Assembly (NCBI RefSeq): GCF_009834535.1
Contig: NC_045697.1
Coordinates: 68,884,001 to 68,948,000, forward strand
Source of the DNA: Camelus ferus
Taxonomy: Eukaryota
Length of the DNA: 64,000 nt
Reading direction: 5' to 3'
A model generated the notes under the pieces. That model was not told where the DNA came from, searched no databases, and saw nothing but the letters and a program-made list of their open reading frames with translations. The position numbers and the translations under genes were made by a program. Positions 53,279 to 64,000 of this stretch are shown here, in pieces. Every line of letters begins with the position of its first letter. Position 1 is the first letter of the stretch.

Positions 53279-53869
53279 CAAGGCTTGCCTCCTTGGGCCT
53301 CTTTTCTCCCCCAGTCATATCATGCTTGGTAAATTTTTACTACCTTGTCAGCGCTTTAATATATTCCAGAAGATTTTTTATTCATTTTTTAAGTGTCCTT
53401 AACTAGAAAGTTCATCCAATTACCTACTCAGTATATTTTCTTAGTAAACTGTATTTTCAAAACCCTGTGAAAATAATTCAATACTTCAAGATTCCTGTCT
53501 TTAAAAACATTTTACTCTTTTTAGCTTTTTAATCTTATTGATGCTGTATGTAAAAAGTTTGTGCTTCTAAATTTTAATTCTAGACTGCTATGATCTTTGC
53601 ATATATCCATTTCATTTACTTCTCATCATTATGACCTTAAAATTTATCATCTCATTTTACATATGAGTAATCTAAGCATTAAATAAGTTGAACAAGTTGT
53701 ATTAGGTCACACAGCTAGTAAGGACAAAAAAAAAAAAAAACCAACCTAGGAATTAAACTTTTCAGAGATATTAATAAATGTATCTTATATTTTAAAATAG
53801 ACATTTTAAACCTTAGAATTCCCTTATTTCCTTGTGGAGATATAGATGCTACAAAATTTTACTTCACCT

Positions 53870-55300
53870 ATGTCACCTGTTATTTCCTCCCCTTGTTTTG
53901 GGTTTGAATTTCTCTTCTTTTTTCTATCTCCTAAAGGTTGAAGTTGATTTCATTGATTTTTATATATTTCTTCTTTTCTAACATAAACACTAATTCTACA
54001 TATTACCCACTAAGTACTGTGTTAGCTCCACCCCACAAATACTGATAGGTTGTGTTTTCACTTTGATTCAGCTTGAAATATTTTCTAATGTTTCTCATGA
54101 TTTTGTCTTTCATCCCAAGGTTTATTTAGAAATATGTTCATTAACTTCCAAACATATGACGTTATCATTGTATGACTGGTTTTGGTTAAATGTGTTATGA
54201 TCAAAGAGGATACTTTCTATGATTTCAGTATTTTTAAATATACTGAAACTTGTTTTACTGCCCATAATATGGTCTCTCCTGGTGAATGCCCTACGTGCAC
54301 TTGCAAAGTTGTGTATTCTATGTTTCCAGGTTTTCGGGTGCCGTGTTCTACAAGTCTCTAACAGGTCAGGATGGTCAATAATACTGTTCAAGTCTCCTAT
54401 ATAAAGTCACTGATGTTTTGTCCCCTGGTTCTATCAATTATTGAGTCTAGAGTGGTGAAATTTCTAGCTTTAACTGTGAATTTCTCTATTTCTCCATTCT
54501 ATTCTTTCAATTTTTGTTTCATGTATTCTGAATCTCTATATTGCATCTACACTTAGGATTATTGTGTCTTCTTAATGACTTCTTTCTTTTTTTATTAGAA
54601 AATGTCCCTCTTTATCTCTGGTCATATTCCATGTTCTCACATCAACTTTGTCTGATACGGCCAACACAGTATTTTCTGTGCTGTTTGCATAGTATATCAT
54701 TTTTCATTCTTTTATATTTAACCTGCATGGGTCTGTATAATTAAAGTGTAGTTTTTAGAGATAGCATAGTTGTTTCTTGCTTTTATACCCATATGACAAT
54801 CTCTGAATTTTATTTTTATTAGACCATTTGCACTTAAAATAATTCTTGATATGTTGATGTTAATCTATTATTGATATATGCATATTTTTTCTATTTTCTC
54901 CATTTGTACCATCTGTCCCTCAGTATTTTCTTCTCCCTTCCTGCATTCTTTTGGACTAGCTGAATATTTTTTAATGATTCTACACTATCTACTACTGCCT
55001 TATTAGCTATTTCCCTTTGGTTTTTTTTTTTTAGTGGCTGCTCTAAATATCTTTAACATCATAGTCTACCTTCAAATGATAGATGGTACTACATGTATAG
55101 TCTAAAAATCTTATATCAGTACACTTCAATTTTCTTCATTCCTTCCTTTGAGTTGTTAGTCATACATTTTGCTTTTACATATTTCATAAACCCCCTAAAC
55201 ATTATTGTTAGTTATACTTTAGACAGTCAGTTATCTCTCAAAGAGATGAGAAGTTGGAAATATTACTCATATTGATTCATGTATTTACCATTTCTGGTAT
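53870..55300 (-). mobile_element. Old L1 ORF2 5' (endonuclease) region
   Basis: Track ORF 54122..54391 (FASARRAFTRRDHIMG.KTS...EIIESILFDHN) is degenerate L1 endonuclease. Confidence 0.8.
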
Positions 55301-57680
55301 AGCAGGAGTCAGTGTCAAAGGAATCTCAGCATATGCAAATGATTTGTATCTTCTGGACATGTCTGAGTCTGGTCTTTTATATGCATTTCCACTTCATTAT
55401 AATTACTGCTGCATTGTAATTACTGCTTCATTATAATTACAACAACCTTATAGCTATTTGGTTAGAAAACACCCAATTCATGATAGCAAGCTTAGGCTAC
55501 AAGGTAATTTGATGTCCCGTGATTAAGCATTCAGTTTCTATCAAGGCCCAGTAACAATCCAGAGCTGTTTCTCATTAAGAAAATAGTTATCTGCAGAAGA
55601 GGACATAAGAAGTGCTTGAAAGTCCTAGAGGTATGTACTCTTGTTCTTATATTGACACTTGCCAGAAGTTTCCCACAGCATCTCAATTTGCAACAGGCAT
55701 CTCAAGTATAATCAAAACTGCTGAATCACAAGGCCCAAGTGAAAGAGTAGCTTGCGATGCAGACTGGACTTACCATAGAACCTTCTCTCACTCTGGTTTT
55801 CACTCAAAACAAGTCCCACTTATTAGTATCTCAGTAGATGCATCACAGGTATACACTCAAATGTGACACATATAGTCCCCCAAAACCATAAAGGCCGCCA
55901 AGAGTTGTGCCTCTTTTTCACAGTAGGGAGTGAAAGGAACAATAACTTGTCTTTCACCTTGGAGGGGATATCCTAACATGATCCAAACCACTAGACCCCC
56001 AGAAACTGCACTGAGGTGGGAGGCCTCTGAAATTTTACGGGGTTTATCTTCCACTTTCTGGTTCACATATACCTTCCTAAGGCATATGAAGTTCCTGCTA
56101 CTTCCTGCTCATCAAATCTAATGATCATAATGCTATCAATATAGTGAACCATGTTGTTTTGCTCCAGTAAAGATATTATATTTGAGACAGCAGCTTTAAC
56201 CTGCATTACAACCTAATTAAGTTTATGATGATCACAGTCATTCTCCAAAATTCATCTGACTTCTCCACAGATCAAATAGAAGAAATATAATAGGTTCCAC
56301 CACCATTTTCAAGTCTTTTGATGGTGGCACTTATCGCCACAATTCCCTAAGAATTCAGTATTGCAACTGGGTTAATACCTTGGCAGAGAAGGGAATTTCC
56401 AAGGACTTCCACTTAGCTCTTTCTACAATAATGGCCCATAACCCATATGTCAGAGAGTCAGTTTCTAAAATTATAAAAACAAGGCAAATCTGACAGACTG
56501 TGCCCTCTGTGAGTCTAACTTCAGCTAACACTCCATCTACCAACCAACTAACATAACCTCCACTTTCACTGTTGGACCACAGTGGCATTTTAGGAAGTCT
56601 CCAGGAATTAGCATCAGCTCAAAGCCAGCAACTAGTATTCCTCACGTTTTCTTTTTCCCTAGGGTACTCAAACAATTGGACCCAGGCCTCACTGTAGAAG
56701 GCTTGAAAGAGGATTCATAGTACATTCTTCTCGCAATGTTGTTGGGTCTTTCTTTGAGGGACCTGCATCACAATCCTCCACAAGTAATGGCTCAATGTGA
56801 TGCCACTGCATGCCATAAATTACTAGTACAGTATTTCTCACAACAAGGAAATCAACACTGCTCAAGCCTAAGGATATGGCCAAACCAATCCAAATTTCAT
56901 CTTTATTGGTAGATCTTCCTGGTATTGATCCTGGATTAGACAGGATCCAGTCAAGAGACAGAAGCTATGTTAGTAATTTGAACAGGAAATATTTAGTGTA
57001 AAGATTTTTCAATTAGTAAAAGGTAGTCATCCACTGAAAGTAGTAAAAGATGACTCTAAGGAATACAGTAATTGCTAATGGAAGAAGCATTTATTATCTC
57101 TAGGATTGAGGGAGAGTAAACATGGAAGGAACTAAGACTTTGAAAGAAGGCAACCCCAACAAACTAAGGCTGAGATTCTGACCTAATTGGAGAAGGTGTG
57201 GCTACAGCAAACTGAAGGGGTGGGAAAGTATGCCAGGTTCCAGAGGACTAGAGCTGCTTCCTAAGAAGCTGCCCACTGGAACACTCATGGGCCAGCACTG
57301 GTCCTCCAGAAACCACTCCCTGGTGCATGGGTAGGCCTAAAGCTGACCTGCAGGAAACTGTCTACTGATGCAGTAGGAAGCTGAGGCTGGTTCTCAGCCT
57401 GCTGGGTACCTGAGAAGCTAGTGGAGAGTGAGAACCACTAGTCCTGCACACTGCTGACATCATGTCACAGAAGGAAGAAAATGCACACCAGAATCAGGAA
57501 GAGAAGCCCCTTCCCCTGCTATTCCTAGCTCTGTCCAACCAGTACCACCTATTGGCAAAATCTAACATCATGCCAGTTGGCAAAGAAGAAATGTCTACCT
57601 ATCCAACGCTTACATCACAAAGCAGAGCAAGAAAAAAAATAAATTTGGAGCTGTGAGGTAAAAGATCTATGGCTGGCATA
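55300..57680 (-). mobile_element. ERVL pol/gag remnant (about 55300-56900) and an adjacent old LTR (about 56910-57680)
   Basis: Track ORF 56355..56588 (V..VLAEVRLT.G...SLTYGLWAIIVERAKWKSLE.P) resembles the ERVL pol start. Confidence 0.7.
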
Positions 57681-57879
57681 TAGGGAGCCAAGAGGGGGAG
57701 TCTGATGAATATCCCCTATTTTGAAGCTAAATTACTGGAGGTCCAAAGACAAATTGTAAAAACATTATCAGTAAGACATTTTGATTTGTCTCTCTTCCTC
57801 CAAGAGATGAAACACCTTTTGTCAGAACCTGTGGCAAACAGCTAAGCCAAATCAGAAGAAAATGCAGTCTTAAAAACTC

Positions 57880-59110
57880 TAGTATTAATTAAGAGGACAT
57901 CAGAATTACAGGTATAAGGTAAGACCATGCAAAATGGGACATGTGGATCCTAGAAGCAGACCAAAAACCTACCATAATTTAGTAAGTGATGAAAGTAGCA
58001 TCTAAAAATGGTGGGCAAATGAAAGAATTTTTCCTATAAATGAATCAAAATATGATTTTTAATAAAGCCATAGAAGTACTAGAATAAACCATGTGATAAG
58101 TATTTTAGAACAGGAGAGAATGGAAGGCATTTTAAATTATGATATAAAACTTCAAAACCATAAAAAGGAACAGGGAAATTTGATCACGAAAATATCAAAA
58201 ATACCTGTACCACAAAAATTATCATAAGCAAAGTCAAATGGAAAACTAGGAAATAATATTTGCAATTCAATCACAAAAGGGCAAACTTTGATATATACAA
58301 AGTTCCTGTAAAACTGTAAAAAAAAAAAAAAAAAAAAAAACCCTAATTTTAAATAGGATACCAAATAAAAGTATACAAATAGTTGTTAGCTATATGAAAA
58401 GGTGCACAATTTTTCATAATAAGAGAAATGAACTGAGATTCCATTTTTAACCTATAAAATTAACAAAGATCTAAAGTTTGGATATACACCACTTTGCTGA
58501 CCATGGGGTAAATAGGAGTGCTCACATATTTCTGGTGAGAGGGTAAATTTATGCAATCTCTGTGAAAAGCAGTTTGGAAATATCCATCGTAATTGCAAAT
58601 GCACATATCCTAAATGTACAGACAGAATTATACATATGAAGAAGCAAGTACAAGGTTATTAATTTCAGCATTGTTTAAAATAGCAAAAGACTGAAAAATA
58701 ACAACGATCTGACATTGTATGGAACCAGCACAGTAAAGCATGATTTACTTATGATGCAGTGCTATATAGCTGTTTTTAAAAAAGAATATTCTTTGTGAAC
58801 TGATACGAGAAATATCTACATTTATAGTTAAATTTTTAAGAAATGTTTCAGAAGAGCATCTAGAGTCTTACCCTTTTCTATAAAAACAAACACAAAACAG
58901 TAAAATGTGTACTTGCATTATGTGTGAGTAAAATTTTTCAAGAAGTAAATGCTGGAAACTAACATAGGTGTTTTACTTATTGGGGTGGGTTTTAAGATAC
59001 GGACAAATAGGAAAAAGTGGGAGAAGGAAGACTTTCCACTATGTGCATTTTTAAATATGTACTGATTTTGAACCATGTGAAATGTATTGCGTATTCAACA
59101 TTTTTTTAAT
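57880..59110 (+). mobile_element. Old L1 (L1ME-like) ORF2 end/3'UTR
   Basis: Contains aatatttgcaattcaatcac, tatgaaaaggtgcacaattttcataataagagaaatg, gcagtttggaaatatccatc and cagcattgtttaaaatagcaaaagactg. Confidence 0.65.
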
Positions 59111-60169
59111 TTATTTTTATAAAGAAATTAGAAAGAAAATTAACAACATAGTGAGCCAAAAGTTTAATAAAGGAAAATTAATGTAAAAAAATATTTGAGA
59201 TAATCAAAGATCCAAAAGCTGGCTCTTTGGAAAGATTAATGTAATGTATTTTTAAAATTTTTTTTAATTCTGAGATTTAAAATGTTAATGATGCACAGAT
59301 TAATTTGAGCTTAAAGGTGAATGGATATATGATACATAAATATGACTGAAAAATTTCTTCCTGATGAGGAGGAAACTCTCACAGCATTTAGAGTCCCTGG
59401 AACACTACTAAAATGTAGAATCAGAACAACTAGAAAGACTCCCCAAAAATATATAAGTGAGGCCCCTACCAACCCTACTGACTAAAAAGCTAGGGATAAA
59501 GTTATGTTTTCTTTAAAAATGCATGGTTCTAATGAACATTCCTACATTAAGAACAACTGCACTGGGGAATGTACAGAGCAAGGGGGCAGAAGGAGTAACT
59601 CTCAAGGTTGGAAAGGATGAAGCAATATATTATAGTCTGACCTGCGTTTCTCATGGCTTTCTCTTTTAACTCACAAGATAAAAGAAGATAAAATAAGTAC
59701 AAGAATGTGCAGACGAGCTCTAGATTCTTGAGAATAATGAGGCTGTATCCTGGATAAGAGTTCATATAATTAGAGATAGCAGGAAAGCAATTAATCCTAG
59801 CTGAAGAACAAAATTTCTGTTAAACAAGAAATGGAAAGAGCAAGTACAGTTATATGTAGCCTTTTTTAAATATAATAAAGCAAAAGAAAGCACACATGGA
59901 AAGTTCTAAGTTCTTTTTTCTCTTAAAGCAGGATTTGTAGAAACAAATTAGTTAAACAAATGTTAAATAATAATTGAGTTCATGGGGTACTCTCCATGTC
60001 TACAACGGCTCCTGGACTTGAGGTTTTAGAATAAAATGGATCTGGATCAGAATATCAGGCCCATCATTTATGAGCTGTAAACCCTTGGCTAAACTTTAGT
60101 TTCCTCAGCTTTAAAAAAAAAAAAAAGGATAACACTAAAAGGAACCAGGGTTCAATTAAGAAATGCTGA

Positions 60170-61325
60170 TTATCTGTCTTATAAGGATGAGCTTGGAACA
60201 TTTTAGTATACCAGAAAGAAAGAAAGGGATCAAAGATCGATAGGTGTGAATAAAAAGAACTCAGGAGCTAAGTCAGATTAGGCTCCCAAGTGCCAGGAAT
60301 GGAAAACGTTGGGCAGCAATAAGAATACTGATTAAACACACATAATACATTTAACTCCATGAATTCATAATGATATTTTTTAAAAAAATCATTGGACACT
60401 ATCAGAGGATGCTAAGCAACAACACACTGTTTTGAAAAATGGTAAATAAAAGGAATAAATCAAGTATTTATATTGACTTTTCTATATGAACTGTGCCACA
60501 GCATAACCAAATAGTTGTATGTATTTCAACTAATAAACAATGTGGAACATTATAGAGTATCACAATTTTGCAGTCCCTAATAAATACCTAGGTCTAGATT
60601 ATGATCATCAATGGCCACCAATATCACAAAAGATAGAGTAGATATTACATACCTCCTGATGGAAGTACACAGTACCACCTATGAAGCAGTCTTGCCAAAA
60701 GGACTGAACCATAATCAGTCTAAGTACTAATTTGTAGAAAGTGCAAAGGTCTAAATACTAATTTGGTACCAAGTACTAGGTCTAAGTACTAATCTGTAGA
60801 AAGTACAAGAGACAAAGAAACATTAAAGGACACCATAGGGAAATACTCAGCAAAGCCAAACTGTGGGAAATTTAAGAGAAAAATAACATTTTTTTCCCAA
60901 TAAATATATAAAGATATGGAAAGAAAGCCTATATATTAAAAGAAAGTTAAGAGCTATATCAACCAATTACAATGTATGACTCTTACTTGAATTCTTATAG
61001 AAATAATTTTTTTAAAATATAAGACAACTTGGAAAATTTGAACAAATGACTAGTTGAGGATATTAAATTATTTTCATTTTGTAGGTATAATATTGGGATT
61101 GTAATTCTTTTTAAGTATATTGAAATTTACAGATTAAAATATACATTATTTGGAAATTGCATCAAAACCATTCAAGAGGGAGAATACAGAGATAAATGTG
61201 ATTGACCATGAGCTGAAAATTACTGAAGCTGGGTGATGAGTAAGTGGTAACTCATTATAATAGTCTCTTCACTTTTGTATATTTTTTATATTGTTCATAT
61301 TAAGTTTTTTTTAATTTAAAAAAAA
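60170..61325 (+). mobile_element. Old L1 (L1MC4/5-like) 3'UTR ending in an A tract
   Basis: Contains cctcctgatggaagtacacagtaccacctatgaagcagtcttgccaaaa and attgaccatgagctgaaaattactgaagctgggtgatgag. Confidence 0.75.
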
Positions 61326-61329
61326 AAGT

Positions 61330-62560
61330 TATGCCTCTCTCCGTCCCTGGTAAGCCTTGCTCACGCTGACCAGGCTGCTTGCCAGCAGGGAGGCGCCCCT
61401 CAGCACAGCCTGCTGTAGCCTCCAGCACTCTCAGGAGTCAAAGGACAGTGAGTCCAAAGCAAAGCCCAGGTTCCTGCAGAAGCTCATCTGCAAGGTTTCC
61501 ATCATAGGCCAGATCTGCTAAAAGTCAATCATCCGAAAAAGTGATGCTAATGAAACAGAAAAATCCATACCAACATTTTTAAAAGGAGGGTGTGGGGAGA
61601 TTCTTTAAGCCTTGAGGACTAATATTTTACTATGTAAAACCTGCAAAGGCAGTCATTTTGGTGAGGTGGATCTGACAGATACTCATGTGATTGACTCCAA
61701 CCCCAAGTTTTGTGGTCAATGCTCCACGTAAAAAGTTCAATTTTATATACTAATAACAAAAAAGAAATGGAAGACTGGACTGAAAGACTGAAAAATGTTC
61801 AGAACAGGGAACATTCTGAGTCTCCTCAGTACCCCATGTACCACTTCTCAGGGATGTATAATTGGTATTCCTGTTCACATGCTAGGCCAATGTATTGTAA
61901 CTTGTGTTAAGTTTAATCCAGGGTCACATCACAAAGATCATGAGTTGACAAAATTTTTCAGTAAAGGGCCAAACAGTAATTATTTTAGGTTTTGTAGACC
62001 ATATATGGTCTCTGTTACATAGTCTTCTTTATTTTATTTTACAAGCATATAAAAAAATGTAAAATCTATTTTTAGCTCAAGTGTCTGTACAAAAAGAAGC
62101 ATAGGTCTATAGGCCATGGTTTGGTCCATGGACCACAGTTTGCCAAAACCTAAGGATTGTCTTGTGAAGTATGGTTGTTTAAAGTCCACAGACACTGTGC
62201 TATGCAAGCAACCAGTAACTATAAATGGACCACACAGTCATTGACTGGGAAGGAACGCCTCAAGGATGAAGATGGGATAGCCATGCCTTACCAGTGGCTG
62301 GAAGGAAACTTCCTCATGAAGGTCAAGTGTACAATGAGCTCCACTGCAACATCATGTAAAGAATCATTACTGACCAAGCGTCTCCTTGACCTGTATATTA
62401 AAGTGTTGGCCCTACATCCTTTTTGCAAAGCCCATCTTTGTCAATTCAAAGAGAGGGACAATAAAGGTATGAAGTTCCAAAAAGATTCAAATAACGGATG
62501 ATTCTTGTTTGGGTCTTTGCTTAATTCATGGAAGATCCCCCCTTACACACCTTAGGCATG
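61330..62560 (+). pseudogene. DGKD: Old, degraded processed pseudogene of diacylglycerol kinase delta (N-terminus, PH domain, C1 domains, start of catalytic domain)
   Basis: Readable fragments include [32 protein letters not shown]...[42 protein letters not shown] and FVNSK.GDN.G.KF. VQNREH and SCKESLLTK favour DGKD over DGKH. Sequence from several exons is contiguous, with stops, frameshifts and deletions. The 3' end is approximate. Confidence 0.88.
61939..62151 (+). mobile_element. hAT-Charlie MITE (MER58C-like) inserted in the DGKD pseudogene
   Basis: catgagttgacaaaatttttcagtaaagggccaaacagtaattattttaggttttg...acagtttgccaaaacct matches the recalled MER58 ends. DGKD codons GVTS and GLSCEV lie on either side. 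Confidence 0.82.
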
Positions 62561-64000
62561 GCTAGGCATGTGGAGGAAGTTCCCTAATCTACCAAAGTTA
62601 AAGTTGATTCTATCAAAACTAGAGCACTTAATGGTTGATTTATGTTCATGTTGCCTTATCATTCTTTGGAAAAATTTTTTTTCTGGCACAGAAGTAAAAG
62701 AATCATTAGATAAAAGTTTTGGAGGCTATGCAAACTGTTGAGGAGAAGAAGAAAGACAAGACAGGAGGCTTGATAGCAGCATGGAAGTGAAAAGGCTCAG
62801 CCGTTACGTATAAATGGGAAACAAATTCACATTAAACCAGTAAAATGGTTTATAAAATTCATGCTTTTACAAAAATTCCAGAGGTGGAAGAGGAGGATAT
62901 GACAGAGACCGATCCTCCACCTCCAGTGGCTCTTCTTTTTGGGCAGGCATATAATTTATGATGACGCATTCTTTTTGGAGAGAACTTTCTTATTGACCCT
63001 ATTTCTTTATCTCTTAATGAGAAAGAAATTTAAATGTACTTGAACTTGTCTAGTCAAAGATAGGGTTCACTGGCCTTAGCCTTTTGTACTAAAATTAAAA
63101 TAGCTTATTTCTTTTATTTTAAAAATCATGTACACATGAATTCTCACACCTCCTTCTTCCTGGCCCCAAGAGAGTGCTAATCACTTTTAACATTTTGATA
63201 AAAATCCTTTAACACCTCTATCTAAGCATATACTATAGTTTTAAATGGGTTTTTCTATTTTGCTAATGGCTTTTTAGAACTCAGTAATATGCTCCTGGCA
63301 TCTAGAATTCAACTTTAATAAACACAGATCTACATAAATGGTGAAAAAAAATAAGAAAGGTCAACAAAATACACCTAATATAGTTATAGGAGAATTAACA
63401 GAGACAGATATTTGGTAATTAGAAAGGATTAAATAAGATCATATATTTAAAATAGCTAACACAGTGGCTATTACTTAGCAGACACCGAACTGATGGACCC
63501 ATTCTGGAGAAGAATCTTTATATGTTGATACAGCCATAAAAAGCTATCACCTATTAAAAGAGAGCTAGTAAATTCAGTGACCAAATCCATTCTTTCCCTC
63601 CCTAACATCACTGAGGGAGGGTGACACAGTCCTATTCTCAGAAAGAATAGTCCAAGTTTACTTTAGCTTTCAGGGTTGAGGCAAAACACCAGGACTGATG
63701 AAACATCAGAGAACAGTAGTTCTCAAAGTCTAGTTAGTTGGTGAGTTTCTCTGACAGTTTCCTAAGCTAGACAAAAGATCTGAGGCTCACTTACACCAAA
63801 CATTCCCCATTTCTTATAACAAATTGATTAACAAAAATTTGGGAAAAAAATAAAGTGGTATAAAAATGCAGGTACGTTAGTAAAATTTAAAAAATTTATT
63901 CTGTGTTAACCTGCAAAATAGTATCAGAATAGCTGCCCAAAATGTCACTGATTTTGGCCAACTGAGAACATGCAACTGGAGATTAGTTCTTAACACTTTA

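Noticed and set aside
643..59765. Remaining 60-125 aa ORFs in the track
   Set aside because: They are short, often start at non-ATG codons, and are either repeat-derived or compositionally random with no recognisable domain.
61710..62501. ORFs 61710..61910 and 62157..62501 as exons of a functional DGK gene
   Set aside because: C1-domain cysteines are lost, there are frameshifts and internal deletions, and the intervening sequence is a MITE rather than an intron.

Overview
This is AT-rich mammalian genomic DNA, most likely from a camelid: it carries tRNA-derived SINEs resembling camelid vic-1 and young cetartiodactyl-type L1 3' ends. The window lies inside a large minus-strand gene that I recognise as STPG2 (sperm-tail PG-rich repeat containing 2). 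Four internal coding exons (41580-41687, 38594-38753, 33633-33793, 26656-26748) have GT-AG boundaries and splice in frame. The introns hold three plus-strand retrocopies: a full-length C11orf54 mRNA copy with a nearly complete ORF inside an L1, an old DGKD processed pseudogene split by a MER58C-like transposon, and a U6 snRNA copy. The remainder is mostly L1, L2, MIR, MaLR/ERVL LTR and hAT/TcMar DNA-transposon remnants. The most notable observations are: a CpG-retaining solo LTR whose 39-bp tandem repeat alternates NRF1-like and ARE/NF-E2 motifs ahead of a TATA box; an L1 3' transduction with a perfect 13-bp target-site duplication (TSD); a candidate recursive splice site or 4-nt micro-exon; an apparent shift of an STPG2 splice acceptor; and paired palindromic octamer sites. 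Repeat family names and comparisons to human proteins come from my memory of consensus sequences, not from database searches. I see no evidence of a wholly new multi-gene system.
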